Origin: Sphingobacterium thalpophilum
GTDB taxonomy: Bacteria; Bacteroidota; Bacteroidia; Sphingobacteriales; Sphingobacteriaceae
Direction of reading: 5' to 3'
Assembly: GCA_943372195.1 (NCBI GenBank)
Contig: CALRXS010000005.1
Coordinates: 114,569-146,568 of the forward strand
DNA length: 32,000 nucleotides
Notes under the pieces: model-generated
The model's input: the letters and a program-made list of their open reading frames with translations, nothing else
What the model was told of the DNA's origin: nothing
Databases searched by the model: none
Translations under genes and position numbers: made by a program
In this document: positions 1 to 11,124 of the stretch, in pieces
Numbering within the stretch: position 1 is the stretch's first letter
Layout: each line of letters opens with the position of its first letter

Positions 1-3000
1 AAGCAAGGTCGTTTCCGTCAGAACTTATTAGGTAAGCGTGTTGACTACTCTGCTCGTTCTGTAATTGTTGTAGGTCCGACATTGAAACTACACGAATGTG
101 GTTTACCGAAAGACATGGCAGCTGAATTGTTCAAACCATTTATCATTCGTAAGATGATCGAAAGAGGTGTGGTGAAAACAGTAAAGTCTGCAAAGAAAAT
201 TGTTGATCGTAAAGACCCTATCGTTTGGGATATTTTAGAAAATGTTTTGAAGGGTCACCCGGTATTATTAAACCGTGCTCCAACATTACACCGTTTGGGT
301 ATTCAAGCTTTTCAGCCAAAATTAATTGAAGGAAAAGCAATTCAGCTACACCCATTAGTATGTACAGCATTCAACGCCGATTTTGACGGTGACCAGATGG
401 CTGTTCACGTACCACTAGGTAACGCTGCAATCATGGAAGCTCAAGTATTAATGCTTGCTTCACATAACATCTTAAACCCTGCGAATGGTACGCCAATTAC
501 AGTACCTTCACAAGACATGGTTTTGGGTCTTTACTACATGACAAAAGGCCGTAAAACTGAACCAGGTAAGATTGTTAAAGGTGAGGATAGAATTTTCTAT
601 TCAGCAGAAGAAGTAATCATTGCATTGAATGAAGGTCAACTTGATTTACATGCTTGGATAAAAGTTAAGACACAGACTAAAGAAAATGGTCAAGATGTTA
701 CTAAATTAATTGAGACTACAACTGGTAGAGTATTATTCAACCAAGTAGTACCAAAAGAAATGGGTTACATCAATGAGTTATTAACTAAGAAATCTTTGAG
801 AGACATTATCGGTGACATCGTAAAGGTTACAGGTATGGATCGTGCAGCTCAGTTCTTAGATGCAATCAAAGAATTAGGATTCAAGATGGCATTCAAAGGT
901 GGCTTGTCATTTAACTTACAAGATTTAACAATACCTGCAGAGAAATCAAAATTAATTGATCAAGCTTCTGGAGAAGTTGAAGAAGTAATGAGTAACTATA
1001 ACATGGGTTTCATTACTAACAACGAAAGATATAATCAAATCATTGACATCTGGACACGTATTAACTCACGTTTAACAGATAACGTGATGAAGCAATTAGC
1101 AACCGATAACCAAGGATTTAACTCAGTTTACATGATGTTAGATTCAGGAGCTCGTGGTTCTAAAGAGCAGATTCGTCAGTTATGTGGTATGAGAGGTTTG
1201 ATGGCTAAGCCACAAAAATCTGGTTCAGGTGGTGAGATTATTGAAAACCCAATCTTATCAAACTTTAAAGAAGGTTTGTCGGTATTAGAGTATTTCATTT
1301 CTACTCACGGTGCTCGTAAAGGTTTGGCCGATACAGCGTTAAAAACTGCCGATGCGGGTTACTTAACTCGTCGTTTAGTTGACGTTGCACAAGACATGAT
1401 TGTTAATGAAGAAGATTGTGGTACTTTAAGAGGTATCTTAACTTCGGCATTAAAAGATAATGAAGAAGTTGTTGAACCATTATACGATCGTATTTTAGGT
1501 CGTGTATCAGTTCACGATGTAATAGACCCTATTAGCGGAGAATTATTAGTTGGTCAAGGAGAACAAATCACAGAAGAAATTGGTAAAGCAATTGAAGCAT
1601 CAGCTGTTGAAGCTGTAGAGATTCGTTCAGTATTGACTTGCGAAGCTAAGAGAGGTGTTTGTGGTAAATGTTATGGTAGAAACTTAGCGAGTGGTCGCAT
1701 GGTTCAAAGAGGTGAAGCTGTCGGTGTTATCGCTGCTCAGTCAATCGGTGAACCTGGTACACAGTTAACACTTCGTACATTCCACGTGGGTGGTACTGCA
1801 TCGAACATCGCTGCAGAATCTACTATCGTTGCTAAATTTGAAGGTAAAGTTGAGTTAGAAGGTATTCGTACGGTAACTCACAAAACTGAAGACGGTAATG
1901 TTGAAGTAGTATTAGGCCGTTCTGGTGAATTCAGAATTGTTGATGAGAAGAGTGGTAGAATTATCATGACTAATAACATTCCTTATGGTGCTTATTTGTA
2001 TGTTAAAGACGGACAAAAAGTAACTAAGGGTGATACAATTTGCGGATGGGATCCATATAATGCGGTAATCATTTCAGAATTTGATGGTAAAATCGAATTC
2101 GAATTTATCGAAGAAGGTATCACTTTCCGTGAAGAGTCTGATGAACAAACAGGTCACAAAGAAAAAGTTATTATCGACAGTAGAGATAAAACAAAGAACC
2201 CTGCAATTAAGATCGTTGATAAGAAAGAAGTTATTAAATCTTACAACATTCCAGTAGGTGCTCACATCGCTGTAGATAAAGGTGATAAAGTAATTGCCGG
2301 ACAAGTTATCGTTAAGATTCCTCGTTCAACTGGTAAGACAAGAGATATTACAGGTGGTTTACCAAGAGTAACAGAATTATTTGAAGCTCGTAACCCATCG
2401 AACCCAGCAGTAGTAACAGAAATTGATGGTGTAGTAACTTTAGGTGGTGTTAAACGTGGTAATAGAGAAATTACTATTGAATCAAAAGATGGTATTACTA
2501 AGAGATATTTAGTTCCATTATCTAAACACATTTTAGTTCAAGATAATGACTTTATCAAAGCAGGTATGCCATTATCTGATGGTTCAATTACTCCTTCTGA
2601 TATCTTATCAATTAAAGGACCTTCTGCAGTTCAAGAATACTTAGTAAATGGTGTACAAGAAGTTTACCGTTTACAAGGTGTGAAGATCAATGATAAACAC
2701 TTTGAAGTTATCGTTCGTCAGATGATGCAAAAAGTAATCATTGAAGATCCAGGAGATACTAAATTCTTAGAATTAGAAACTGCTGATAAGTTTGACTTCA
2801 TGACAGAGAACAATTGGATCTACGACAAGAAAGTTGTTACAGACCCAGGAGATTCTCCGAATGTGAAAGCCGGACAAATCATTAGTGTTCGTAAACTAAG
2901 AGATGAGAACTCTGTATTAAAGAGAAAAGATGCTAAGTTGGTTGAATCGAGAGATGCAATCTCTGCAACATCTAGTCCGTTATTACAAGGTATCACTCGT

Positions 3001-3228
3001 GCATCATTAGGTACTAAATCGTTTATCTCTGCGGCTTCATTCCAGGAGACTACGAAAGTATTAAACGAAGCAGCGATACATGGTAAGGTTGATATATTAG
3101 GTGGATTGAAAGAAAACGTAATTGTTGGGCATTTAATTCCATCTGGTACAGGTATCCGTAAATACGACAAAATGATTGTTGGTTCTAAAGAAGAGTACGA
3201 AGCTTTATTAGCTTCTAAAGAAGACTAG
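1..3228 (+). CDS. rpoC: DNA-directed RNA polymerase subunit beta' (5'-truncated by window edge)
   Basis: Frame 1 is open from base 1 ([26 protein letters not shown]...), so the ORF-track start at 82 is internal. The catalytic NADFDGD motif is at 373-393. The rest is beta'-like throughout ([33 protein letters not shown]). Stop TAG at 3226-3228. Confidence 0.97.
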   Translation, partial: KQGRFRQNLLGKRVDYSARSVIVVGPTLKLHECGLPKDMAAELFKPFIIRKMIERGVVKTVKSAKKIVDRKDPIVWDILENVLKGHPVLLNRAPTLHRLGIQAFQPKLIEGKAIQLHPLVCTAFNADFDGDQMAVHVPLGNAAIMEAQVLMLASHNILNPANGTPITVPSQDMVLGLYYMTKGRKTEPGKIVKGEDRIFYSAEEVIIALNEGQLDLHAWIKVKTQTKENGQDVTKLIETTTGRVLFNQVVPKEMGYINELLTKKSLRDIIGDIVKVTGMDRAAQFLDAIKELGFKMAFKGGLSFNLQDLTIPAEKSKLIDQASGEVEEVMSNYNMGFITNNERYNQIIDIWTRINSRLTDNVMKQLATDNQGFNSVYMMLDSGARGSKEQIRQLCGMRGLMAKPQKSGSGGEIIENPILSNFKEGLSVLEYFISTHGARKGLADTALKTADAGYLTRRLVDVAQDMIVNEEDCGTLRGILTSALKDNEEVVEPLYDRILGRVSVHDVIDPISGELLVGQGEQITEEIGKAIEASAVEAVEIRSVLTCEAKRGVCGKCYGRNLASGRMVQRGEAVGVIAAQSIGEPGTQLTLRTFHVGGTASNIAAESTIVAKFEGKVELEGIRTVTHKTEDGNVEVVLGRSGEFRIVDEKSGRIIMTNNIPYGAYLYVKDGQKVTKGDTICGWDPYNAVIISEFDGKIEFEFIEEGITFREESDEQTGHKEKVIIDSRDKTKNPAIKIVDKKEVIKSYNIPVGAHIAVDKGDKVIAGQVIVKIPRSTGKTRDITGGLPRVTELFEARNPSNPAVVTEIDGVVTLGGVKRGNREITIESKDGITKRYLVPLSKHILVQDNDFIKAGMPLSDGSITPSDILSIKGPSAVQEYLVNGVQEVYRLQGVKINDKHFEVIVRQMMQKVIIEDPGDTKFLELETADKFDFMTENNWIYDKKVVTDPGDSPNVKAGQIISVRKLRDENSVLKRKDAKLVESRDAISATSSPLLQGITRASLGTKSFISAASFQETTKVLNEAAIHGKVDILGGLKENVIVGHLIPSGTGIRKYDKMIVGSKEEYEALLASKED

Positions 3229-3256
3229 TCTTTTTATATCAATAGATAAATAAAAA

Positions 3257-3284
3257 GGCTCTCGAGAAATCGGGAGCCTTTTTT
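3257..3284 (+). terminator. Rho-independent terminator after rpoC
   Basis: GGCTCTCG (3257-3264) pairs with CGGGAGCC (3271-3278), with one G-U pair and a 6-nt loop. A T6 run follows at 3279-3284. Confidence 0.8.
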
Positions 3285-3332
3285 ACGTATTTTAAATTCT
3301 ATTTATATCTTTAATGCATAATCATTTTTTTT

Positions 3333-3641
3333 ATGGAAAATCAAAACGATCAAAATCAAATTAACATAGAGCTTAGCGAAGAAATTGCTGAAGGTATTTA
3401 TTCAAACTTAGCAATCATTACTCATTCTAATGCAGAGTTTGTATTAGACTTTATAAGAATGATGCCAGGTGTACCTAAAGCAAAAGTAAAATCAAGAATT
3501 ATTTTAACACCTCAACATGCAAAAAGATTATTAGCAGCAATGTCTGATAATATAAGAAAGTATGAAGAGTTACATGGTAAGATAAAGCTTGAAGAACAAG
3601 CTTTCCCACTAAATTTCGGTGGTCCAACAGCACAAGCTTAA
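3333..3641 (+). CDS. DUF3467-like small conserved protein
   Basis: 102 aa. The stretch IYSNLAIITHSNAEFVLDFIRMMPG...ILTPQHAKRLL matches my memory of the DUF3467 family, which commonly follows rpoC in Bacteroidota. The family name is from memory and was not searched. Confidence 0.7.
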   Translation: MENQNDQNQINIELSEEIAEGIYSNLAIITHSNAEFVLDFIRMMPGVPKAKVKSRIILTPQHAKRLLAAMSDNIRKYEELHGKIKLEEQAFPLNFGGPTAQA

Positions 3642-3644
3642 AAT

Positions 3645-3677
3645 AAAAAAAGCGCTCAATTATAGAGCGCTTTTTTT
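3645..3677. terminator. Bidirectional terminator between convergent genes
   Basis: AGCGCTC (3651-3657) pairs with GAGCGCT (3665-3671). It is flanked by an A-run (3645-3650) and a T-run (3671-3677), so it can act on both strands. Confidence 0.8.
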
Positions 3678-3689
3678 ATTTGTATATTC

Positions 3690-4835
3690 TTATTCTTCTT
3701 CTGATTTATTCTTCATTGCCATCAAAATTTGATAAGCACCTTTTTCAACTATTTTCGATTTCTTTAACTCATCGCTAGCATTTAATATTTCTGTATATCC
3801 ATTATCTGAACTCCCTGATTTAATAGAGACTAATTCAAATGTTGAACCGTCTTTCGAAATAATTAAATATTCTTTGTTCTCGAAACGTTGAATCGAACTA
3901 CTTGGTATTGCTAATGATTGATGTAATGATGATTCAATTTCTACGTTCATATACATGCCTGGTAACAATGCATGATTTTCATTTTCGAAATGACAATGTA
4001 CATCTATAGCCTTATTCTCATTAAGATCTCTACCTATTAAAATTATTTCAGCATCATACTTCTTATCAGCAAACTCGTTGCTAAACGCTGATACTTTTTG
4101 TCCGATTGATAATGCCTGTATATCTTTCTGATAAATTTGAATATTTAAGTGAATATCATCTGGATTAATTAATTCAAATAAAACATCATTAGAAGACAAG
4201 TATTTGCCTACATTGAAATTGACTTTCGACACATATCCATCAATTGGTGATTTCAACTCTATTTTAGAACTTATTTTATCTGCATTTAATTCATTAGTAT
4301 TGATACCAATAAGTTTAAGTTTTTCTTCAGTTGCTTTGAAATCAATTTTCATGATTTCTAAATTACTTTTCGCTTCTAAATATGTTTTTTCAGCAATTGC
4401 TTTTTGCTGATATAGTTCTTTTTGTTTTTGAAAATCATTGCTTACTAATTCAAGTTTATTTTTTATGCTTAAATATTCTCTTTCTAATTGAATAAACTGC
4501 TGATCTTCTATAATAGCCAATGTCTCACCCTTCTTCACTTTTTGTCCAGGTAATAACCTTGTATATTTCAAATAACCACCATATGGAGTAGATATATTAA
4601 CTAAACTTCTTGGTGGAACATCGATTATTCCAATAGCTTTTATAATGTTACTAATAGGATTTTGAGATAATTCAGTTGTTGATAGTTCTATATTTTTCAA
4701 CTGCTCAGGTGTAAGTACTAAAGTGTTTTCAGATACTTCAGTGCCTGCACTAGATTTTTCTTGTTTAGATTGACAAGCCGTCAAAGCTAAAATAACAAGT
4801 GTATATGTGATGATATTTTTCATTTTACAATTCAT
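3690..4835 (-). CDS. Efflux RND periplasmic adaptor subunit (CzcB/HlyD family), lipoprotein
   Basis: Lipobox LALTAC near the N-terminus. It has a coiled-coil middle (EREYLSIKNKLELV...EKLKLIG) and a beta-barrel/lipoyl-like pattern (GQKVKKGETLAII). An alternative ATG at 4823 (MKNIITY...) would remove the 11-nt overlap with the upstream gene. Confidence 0.85.
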   Translation of the reverse strand: MNCKMKNIITYTLVILALTACQSKQEKSSAGTEVSENTLVLTPEQLKNIELSTTELSQNPISNIIKAIGIIDVPPRSLVNISTPYGGYLKYTRLLPGQKVKKGETLAIIEDQQFIQLEREYLSIKNKLELVSNDFQKQKELYQQKAIAEKTYLEAKSNLEIMKIDFKATEEKLKLIGINTNELNADKISSKIELKSPIDGYVSKVNFNVGKYLSSNDVLFELINPDDIHLNIQIYQKDIQALSIGQKVSAFSNEFADKKYDAEIILIGRDLNENKAIDVHCHFENENHALLPGMYMNVEIESSLHQSLAIPSSSIQRFENKEYLIISKDGSTFELVSIKSGSSDNGYTEILNASDELKKSKIVEKGAYQILMAMKNKSEEE

Positions 4836-7800
4836 TATTTAAAAGTTTATACTCAGTTATATTTTGTATGTATGAAAGTTTTAATTCATAATACAAATTG
4901 TAACTATCGGTTAATTGACTGATATATTGTGACCATTCAATATGTTTTAAATTGCCAGCATTTAATTGTTTGTTTGCCGCTTTCATAGCTTGAATTAATT
5001 CAGGTATTAATGAGTTCTGATAATTTACGCATTGAATATTTTTAGCTTTTATTAATTCAATTAATTCTGACTTTTTAATTTTTAGTTTTTCTGATTCTAA
5101 CTCTTGAATATATTTGCTCTGTTCCCATTCAAGTTTTGCCATTTTGTTTTTCGCATTTTGTGCTCCAAAAAATAATGGTACACTTAGTCCAGCACTGATA
5201 AATTGAAATCTATCTGAATTTACAGCAGGTCTGCCATAATCTAATATGCCATTCAAACTTTGATTAGTATAGCCAATTTTAACATCAGGATATACTTTTG
5301 ATCGCTCAGTTTCCCATGAAAGTCTATTGATAGTTTCTATTTGTTTTAGCTTTTTCTCGAATACACCCTCAGTATTATTGATAGTTTCAGAACTTATAAT
5401 TTCAATAGAATAAGTAGGCATAAATTCATTGCTCTTGCTTCCTAATAGTAAGTTATAATACAATAATTGCTGTTTCAATTCAATTTTTTGTATTTCAATT
5501 TCTCTTGATATCTTATTTAAATTGAAGTTAACATTAGATTTTTCTAGAATACTCAATTGACCTAATTCATATTGTTTATTTACATTTATTTCTGTTTGTA
5601 TTACTTCTGATTGTAGTTGCTCTAAGAAATTTATTTTTTCTTTAATGGTATTTATTAAATAGAATTGATAATGTAATTCAGACAATAATTGGGCTTTATT
5701 TATTTCAGCATTTAAAATATTTAAATCTTTATTTGCTTTAAATAATTCATTATTATTTAGATAATAAGTAGGGAAGTGGAAAGTCTGAAATAATGAATAT
5801 GACTTATCTTTTTCAGAACTATTGTATTGGCCTTGTTGATAAGTAAATTCTGTTTTCGGAATTTCATATCCACCAGCTCTAACTTTTTTAATTTCAGACT
5901 TATAATCATCTATCGATTTAAAATAAGAATTATTAGAACTAATCTTCGATTTTGTATCATCCCAATTTAAACTTACTTGTGCATTTGCTGTGAAGGTAAA
6001 TAATGTTAAAATAACAACCATAACAGAAACTTTGCTTTTAACTTTCAACTTGCTAAAACTTGCATATAATACAGGTAGCACAAATAAAGTTAATATAGTT
6101 GCTGATAATAAACCTCCAATTACTACTGTTGCTAATGGTCTTTGAACTTCAGCTCCAGCACCACCACTTAATGCCATTGGTATAAATCCTAATGAGGCTA
6201 CAGATGCAGTCATTAATACTGGGCGAAGTCTGATTTTAGTTCCTTGAATTACTATTCTTCTTGGGTCTTTTATTCCTTCATCTTTTAGCCTATTAAATTC
6301 TGCGATCAATACAATACCATTCAAAACTGCAACTCCAAATAATGCAATAAACCCTATACCTGCTGAAATACTAAAAGGCATATCTCTTATATATAATGCA
6401 AATACTCCTCCTATAGCTGATAATGGAATCGCAGAAAAAATCAATACACCCTGCGAGATAGATCCAAATGCGAAGTATAACATAATCAATATTAATAAAA
6501 GTGAAATAGGTACAGCAATTGATAATCTATTTTTCGCTGCTATTAAATTTTCGAATGCACCTCCATAATTCACAAAATATCCAGGAGGCAAATCTACTTT
6601 AGTATCTACTTTTTTCTGAAGTTCTACAACTATACTTTGAACATCTCGGCCTCTTACGTTAAAGCCAACAATGATTCTTCGTTTTGCATCTTCTCTTTGA
6701 ATTTGGTTAGGGCCATCAATAATAGAGATATTTGCAACTAGCCTAAGTGGTATTGCATTACCATTACTTGTAGGAATTAATAATTCATCTAAGTTATGTT
6801 CATTAGACTTGAATTTTTTATCCATTCGTAATACTAAATCAAATCTTTTCTCACCTTCATATATCTTGCCAGCAATAGCACCTGCATATGCAGTTTGCAT
6901 TACTTTATTTACATCGTCTACACGTACACCATACTGTGCCATTGCTGCTCTATTATATTCTACTACAATTTGAGGCATGCCACCAATTGGTTCAACATAT
7001 AAATCTTTAGCACCTTCAACCGTTTGAATTATTTTACCTAATTCAGTTGCGTACTTCTGTAAGGTATCTAAATCTTCTCCGAAAATTTTACAAACTACAT
7101 CTTGTCTTGCACCAGTCATCAATTCATTGAATCTCATTTGAACTGGGTACTGAAATCCGAATGTTACACCAGGCACATTTGAAAGTTTTGCACTCATCTT
7201 TTCTGCTAACTCATCATAACTTTCTGCGCTGGTCCATTCTTTTTTGTCTTTCAAAATTACCATCATGTCGCTAGCCTCAATAGGCATAGGGTCTGTAGGT
7301 ATTTCTCCACTTCCAATTTTTGTAACTACTTTTTCAACTTCAGGGAAACTGTCTATTAAAATTTTTGCTGTTCTTTGTGTTGACTCAATAGTTGTTTTTA
7401 AATTACTGCCGGTTAAAATTCTCGTATCAACGGCGAAGTCACCTTCTTCTAATTCAGGTATAAATTCACCACCCATATTTAATAATACAGTAACTGATAA
7501 AACGAATGCTATAAAAACTGTTGCTAATGTTACCTTCGGATGTTGCAATATTTTTTCTAACCACGATTGATATTTTCTCTCTATAGCAAACATTGCTTTG
7601 TCAGAAATATTTGGCTCGTGTTTAATTTTTTTACTGATGAATAATGAACTCATCATTGGCACATACGTTAACGATAATATAAACGCACCTAACAAAGCAA
7701 AGGCTACAGTTGCAGCCATTGGTGCAAACATTTTTCCTTCTATACCTTGTAAAGTAAATATTGGCAAATAAACTATCAGAATTATTATTTGTCCGAATAC

Positions 7801-9156
7801 CGCTGAATTCATCATTTTACTTGCCGATGATTTGACTTGCGTATTCATCTCTTCTTGATTCAATCGCGCTACATTTGTAAAGCTTTTTGAGTGGCTGAGT
7901 TGATGCATAATTGCTTCGACGATAATTACCGCACCATCCACAATCAATCCGAAATCTATAGCCCCTAAGCTCATTAAATTACCACTTACTCCGAACATGT
8001 TCATCATGATTATAGCGAACAACATTGATAGTGGAATTACAGATGCTACGATAAGCCCTGCTCTCAAATTACCTAAGAATAATACCAATACAAAGATTAC
8101 AATTAAGGCTCCTTCTAGTAAATTTTTCTCAACTGTACCTATAGCATTACCAACCATTTTACTTCTGTCGAGAAATGCTTCAATTTCTACGCCTTCAGGT
8201 AATGTTTTTTGTATGCTTTCGATTTTTGATTTTACATCTTCTATTACTTCAGATGAGTTAGCACCTTTAAGCATCATTACAATTGCGCCTGCTACTTCGC
8301 CATCTGCATTATAGCACATAGCTCCATATCGAATCGCTTCTGCTTCTTTGACCTCTGCTACATCACTAATGGTTAGTGGTGTTGAGCTGGCATTACTTTT
8401 AATTACAATGTTTCTGATGTCATCAAAGTTTTTTAACAATCCTTCTGAGCGTATGTATAAAATACCTTCAGCTTTTTCAATGTAAGCACCACCGGTATTT
8501 GCATTATTTTCTGCCAGGGCATCATATATTTCTGAGAGAGTAACTCCATAGGACTGTAGTCTATTCGGATTAATACTCACTTCATATTGCTTCAAAGATC
8601 CGCCGAAACTAGAAACATCTGCCACGCCTTTAACTCCTAATAGTTGACGTCTAATAATCCAGTCTTGAATAGTTCTTAACTCTGTTAAACTAAAAGCATT
8701 CTCAAACCCTTTTTTGGGTTTCACTACATATTGATATATTTCTCCAAGTCCGGTCGTAACTGGTGCCAACTCTGGGTTTCCTACACCACTCGGTAATTCT
8801 GATTGAACTTTTATAAGACGCTCTGCTATTTGTTGGCGTGCCCAGTATACATCTGTTGCATCATCAAAAACGATAGTAACTAATGACAAACCGAATCGAG
8901 AGAAACTTCTAATTTCTTTTATGCCGGGTATATTGCTATTTGCTTGTTCAATAGGGAAGGTAATAAGTCGTTCGACATCGGGGGCGCCTAATGCCGGGCT
9001 TACTGTAATAATTTGTACTTGATTATCGGTTATATCGGGTACAGCATCTATTGGTAGGCGGGTAACTTCTCGTATGCCCCAACCAATTAATCCTAATGTG
9101 AATAAAGCGATAATCAGTTTCTGTTTTACAGAAAAAGATATAATAGCATTTAACAT
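4825..9156 (-). CDS. CusA/CzcA-type heavy-metal RND permease fused in frame to a TolC/CzcC-like outer-membrane factor
   Basis: 1443 aa. The first ~1035 aa are typical HME-RND (PIDAVPDITDNQVQIIT, 12-TM layout, ending ...TLFVLPVLYASF). Then comes KLKVKSKVSVMVVILTLFTFTANA|Q, which looks like a signal peptide. The remaining ~385 aa have TolC-like coiled repeats. There is no stop codon between the two parts. Confidence 0.85.
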   Translation of the reverse strand: MLNAIISFSVKQKLIIALFTLGLIGWGIREVTRLPIDAVPDITDNQVQIITVSPALGAPDVERLITFPIEQANSNIPGIKEIRSFSRFGLSLVTIVFDDATDVYWARQQIAERLIKVQSELPSGVGNPELAPVTTGLGEIYQYVVKPKKGFENAFSLTELRTIQDWIIRRQLLGVKGVADVSSFGGSLKQYEVSINPNRLQSYGVTLSEIYDALAENNANTGGAYIEKAEGILYIRSEGLLKNFDDIRNIVIKSNASSTPLTISDVAEVKEAEAIRYGAMCYNADGEVAGAIVMMLKGANSSEVIEDVKSKIESIQKTLPEGVEIEAFLDRSKMVGNAIGTVEKNLLEGALIVIFVLVLFLGNLRAGLIVASVIPLSMLFAIIMMNMFGVSGNLMSLGAIDFGLIVDGAVIIVEAIMHQLSHSKSFTNVARLNQEEMNTQVKSSASKMMNSAVFGQIIILIVYLPIFTLQGIEGKMFAPMAATVAFALLGAFILSLTYVPMMSSLFISKKIKHEPNISDKAMFAIERKYQSWLEKILQHPKVTLATVFIAFVLSVTVLLNMGGEFIPELEEGDFAVDTRILTGSNLKTTIESTQRTAKILIDSFPEVEKVVTKIGSGEIPTDPMPIEASDMMVILKDKKEWTSAESYDELAEKMSAKLSNVPGVTFGFQYPVQMRFNELMTGARQDVVCKIFGEDLDTLQKYATELGKIIQTVEGAKDLYVEPIGGMPQIVVEYNRAAMAQYGVRVDDVNKVMQTAYAGAIAGKIYEGEKRFDLVLRMDKKFKSNEHNLDELLIPTSNGNAIPLRLVANISIIDGPNQIQREDAKRRIIVGFNVRGRDVQSIVVELQKKVDTKVDLPPGYFVNYGGAFENLIAAKNRLSIAVPISLLLILIMLYFAFGSISQGVLIFSAIPLSAIGGVFALYIRDMPFSISAGIGFIALFGVAVLNGIVLIAEFNRLKDEGIKDPRRIVIQGTKIRLRPVLMTASVASLGFIPMALSGGAGAEVQRPLATVVIGGLLSATILTLFVLPVLYASFSKLKVKSKVSVMVVILTLFTFTANAQVSLNWDDTKSKISSNNSYFKSIDDYKSEIKKVRAGGYEIPKTEFTYQQGQYNSSEKDKSYSLFQTFHFPTYYLNNNELFKANKDLNILNAEINKAQLLSELHYQFYLINTIKEKINFLEQLQSEVIQTEINVNKQYELGQLSILEKSNVNFNLNKISREIEIQKIELKQQLLYYNLLLGSKSNEFMPTYSIEIISSETINNTEGVFEKKLKQIETINRLSWETERSKVYPDVKIGYTNQSLNGILDYGRPAVNSDRFQFISAGLSVPLFFGAQNAKNKMAKLEWEQSKYIQELESEKLKIKKSELIELIKAKNIQCVNYQNSLIPELIQAMKAANKQLNAGNLKHIEWSQYISQLTDSYNLYYELKLSYIQNITEYKLLNNEL

Positions 9157-9208
9157 GTAATATGTTTTTAAAATGTTTAGTAAAAAAATTGTTTAATCGT
9201 TTATTAGA

Positions 9209-9631
9209 TTAAGCAATACGCGGGGGTTGAAATATTTCGTCTAAGTATTGAGAAATATTATTGGGGTTGATATACGTTTTATGATTTGCAGAGTATTCAA
9301 TAAAAGGGGTAGTGATACTAATTTCTTGTTTAAGATCTAAAGCATAACTAGTATTTGCGTAAGAGTGACAGTCATTGTGAGTTTTGAAGGGCAATTGCAT
9401 GTCTTCAGTATAATCATCATCAATTACGGTAGGTTGTACATAATGAATGTCTATGAATTCTATTAAAGACAAATTCTCATTAACATTTCTATGTTCAATA
9501 TAATGTTCAATGAAGTAACCTATCTTCAGAAGCTGAGAAAGCTCTGTTGTTCCTATTAAGTACAAGGAAACGAATAAATAGGTTAATATTTTTTTCACAC
9601 TCAAATTTAACCAATTAATATTTGATTTCAC
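9209..9631 (-). CDS. Hypothetical small membrane-anchored protein, first gene of the efflux cluster
   Basis: 140 aa with one N-terminal TM (ILTYLFVSLYLIGTT). The exposed part is rich in His/Asp/Glu/Cys (HYIEHRN, DIHYV, DDDYTEDMQLPFKTHNDCHSY). It is co-directional with the RND gene and 52 nt upstream of it. Confidence 0.5.
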   Translation of the reverse strand: MKSNINWLNLSVKKILTYLFVSLYLIGTTELSQLLKIGYFIEHYIEHRNVNENLSLIEFIDIHYVQPTVIDDDYTEDMQLPFKTHNDCHSYANTSYALDLKQEISITTPFIEYSANHKTYINPNNISQYLDEIFQPPRIA

Positions 9632-9663
9632 AAAAAATCAATAATTAGTATCTTCGTGCACAA

Positions 9664-11073
9664 ATGAAGCATTTTCTAACACATCCAGTTTTTAAATACG
9701 TTGCAGAGGTCGCAGCAGAAACAAAGACACCTGCATATGTAATAGGAGGGTTTGTTAGAGACAAACTGTTGAATAGGCCATCTAAAGACTTAGATTTTTT
9801 GATCATAGGTAATGGTATGCAGTTTGCTGAATTAGTTGCGCACAAGATTGGAAAGAGCGCAAAAGTCAATGTTTTCAAGAATTTTGGAACAGCTCAACTA
9901 TTTTATCAAGATTGGGATATTGAGTTTGTAGGTGCTAGAAAAGAATCATATAGAACAGAATCAAGAAAGCCTATTGTTGAAGACGGAAGTTTACAAGATG
10001 ACCAAAATCGTAGAGATTTTAGTATCAATGCGATGGCTATAAGTCTTAATAAAGTTGACTATGCACAATTGATTGACCCATTTAATGGTATAGATGATTT
10101 GAAGAAGAAAATTATTCGTACACCATTAGATGCTGATATTACGTATTCAGATGATCCACTTCGTATGATGCGTGCCATAAGATTTGCCTCGCAATTGAAC
10201 TTTCAAATTGAGTCAGAATCTTTCGAAGCAATTAAGAGAAATGCTCATCGTATTTCAATAGTTTCTAAAGAACGAGTAACGGATGAATTAAATAAAATTA
10301 TACTTTCAGCAAAACCATCAATAGGATTCAATCATTTGTTTGATACAGGCTTATTGCAATTGATTTTTCCGTTAATGGCTCAATTGTACGGTGTAGAGAC
10401 GGTAAATGGCAAATCACACAAAGATAATTTCTATCATACTTTACAAGTACTCGATAATATTTGTCAACATACAGATGATTTATGGTTAAGGTGGGCTGCT
10501 ATTTTACACGATATTGCTAAGCCTGCTACAAAGAGGTTTGAGGATGGTACCGGCTGGACATTCCATGGTCATGAAGATCGTGGTGCACGAATGGTACCTA
10601 AAATATTTAGAGAATTACGATTACCTCAAAATGAAAAAATGAAGTTCGTGCAAAAGTTAGTACAACTTCATTTGCGACCAATAGTACTTGCTCAAAGTGT
10701 GGTAACAGATTCAGCAGTAAGACGTTTATTGTTTGAAGCTGGTGAAGATATAGATGCATTAATGACTTTATGTAATGCAGATATCACCACAAAGAATGAA
10801 TATAAAATCAAAAAGTATAAGAACAACTTCGAACTAGTTAAGCAGAAACTAATAGAGGTAGAAGAGAAAGATAAATTAAGAAATTGGCAGCCGCCTATTG
10901 ACGGTAATGATATTATGGAATTCTTCGGAATAGGGGCAGGCAAAGAAGTCGGATTAATAAAAAATGCAATAAGAGAGGCTATTTTGGAAGGAGATATACC
11001 TAATGAGAGAGAAGCCGCTTTGCAATTTATGTTTAGAAAAGCAGAAGAATTAGGATTAAATAGAAAAAAATAA
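9664..11073 (+). CDS. CCA-adding tRNA nucleotidyltransferase / poly(A) polymerase family protein with HD domain
   Basis: [18 protein letters not shown] carries the nucleotidyltransferase GG-VRD and DxD motifs. RDFSINAM and the HD-domain residues ([15 protein letters not shown]) are also present. Confidence 0.9.
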   Translation: MKHFLTHPVFKYVAEVAAETKTPAYVIGGFVRDKLLNRPSKDLDFLIIGNGMQFAELVAHKIGKSAKVNVFKNFGTAQLFYQDWDIEFVGARKESYRTESRKPIVEDGSLQDDQNRRDFSINAMAISLNKVDYAQLIDPFNGIDDLKKKIIRTPLDADITYSDDPLRMMRAIRFASQLNFQIESESFEAIKRNAHRISIVSKERVTDELNKIILSAKPSIGFNHLFDTGLLQLIFPLMAQLYGVETVNGKSHKDNFYHTLQVLDNICQHTDDLWLRWAAILHDIAKPATKRFEDGTGWTFHGHEDRGARMVPKIFRELRLPQNEKMKFVQKLVQLHLRPIVLAQSVVTDSAVRRLLFEAGEDIDALMTLCNADITTKNEYKIKKYKNNFELVKQKLIEVEEKDKLRNWQPPIDGNDIMEFFGIGAGKEVGLIKNAIREAILEGDIPNEREAALQFMFRKAEELGLNRKK

Positions 11074-11076
11074 GAG

Positions 11077-11103
11077 ATAAATAAATCATTTTTTATTTAT
11101 TTT
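11077..11103 (+). terminator. Weak all-A/T hairpin after the CCA-enzyme gene
   Basis: ATAAATAAA (11077-11085) pairs with TTTATTTAT (11092-11100), followed by TTT. The stem has no G/C, so terminator function is uncertain. Confidence 0.25.
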
Positions 11104-11124
11104 GTATAAAGAATTAAACATCAC

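Noticed and set aside
2074-3170. Three minus-strand ORFs (76, 89, 116 aa) inside rpoC
   Set aside because: They are antisense shadows fully contained in a strongly conserved coding region. The products are low-complexity and non-protein-like.
4204-8314. Plus-strand ORFs 4204-4410, 7244-7570 and 7997-8314 inside the efflux genes
   Set aside because: They are antisense to well-supported RND and adaptor genes and have no independent signals.
9645-9878. 77-aa minus-strand ORF overlapping the start of the CCA-enzyme gene
   Set aside because: It overlaps a conserved plus-strand gene on the opposite strand and has no recognisable features.
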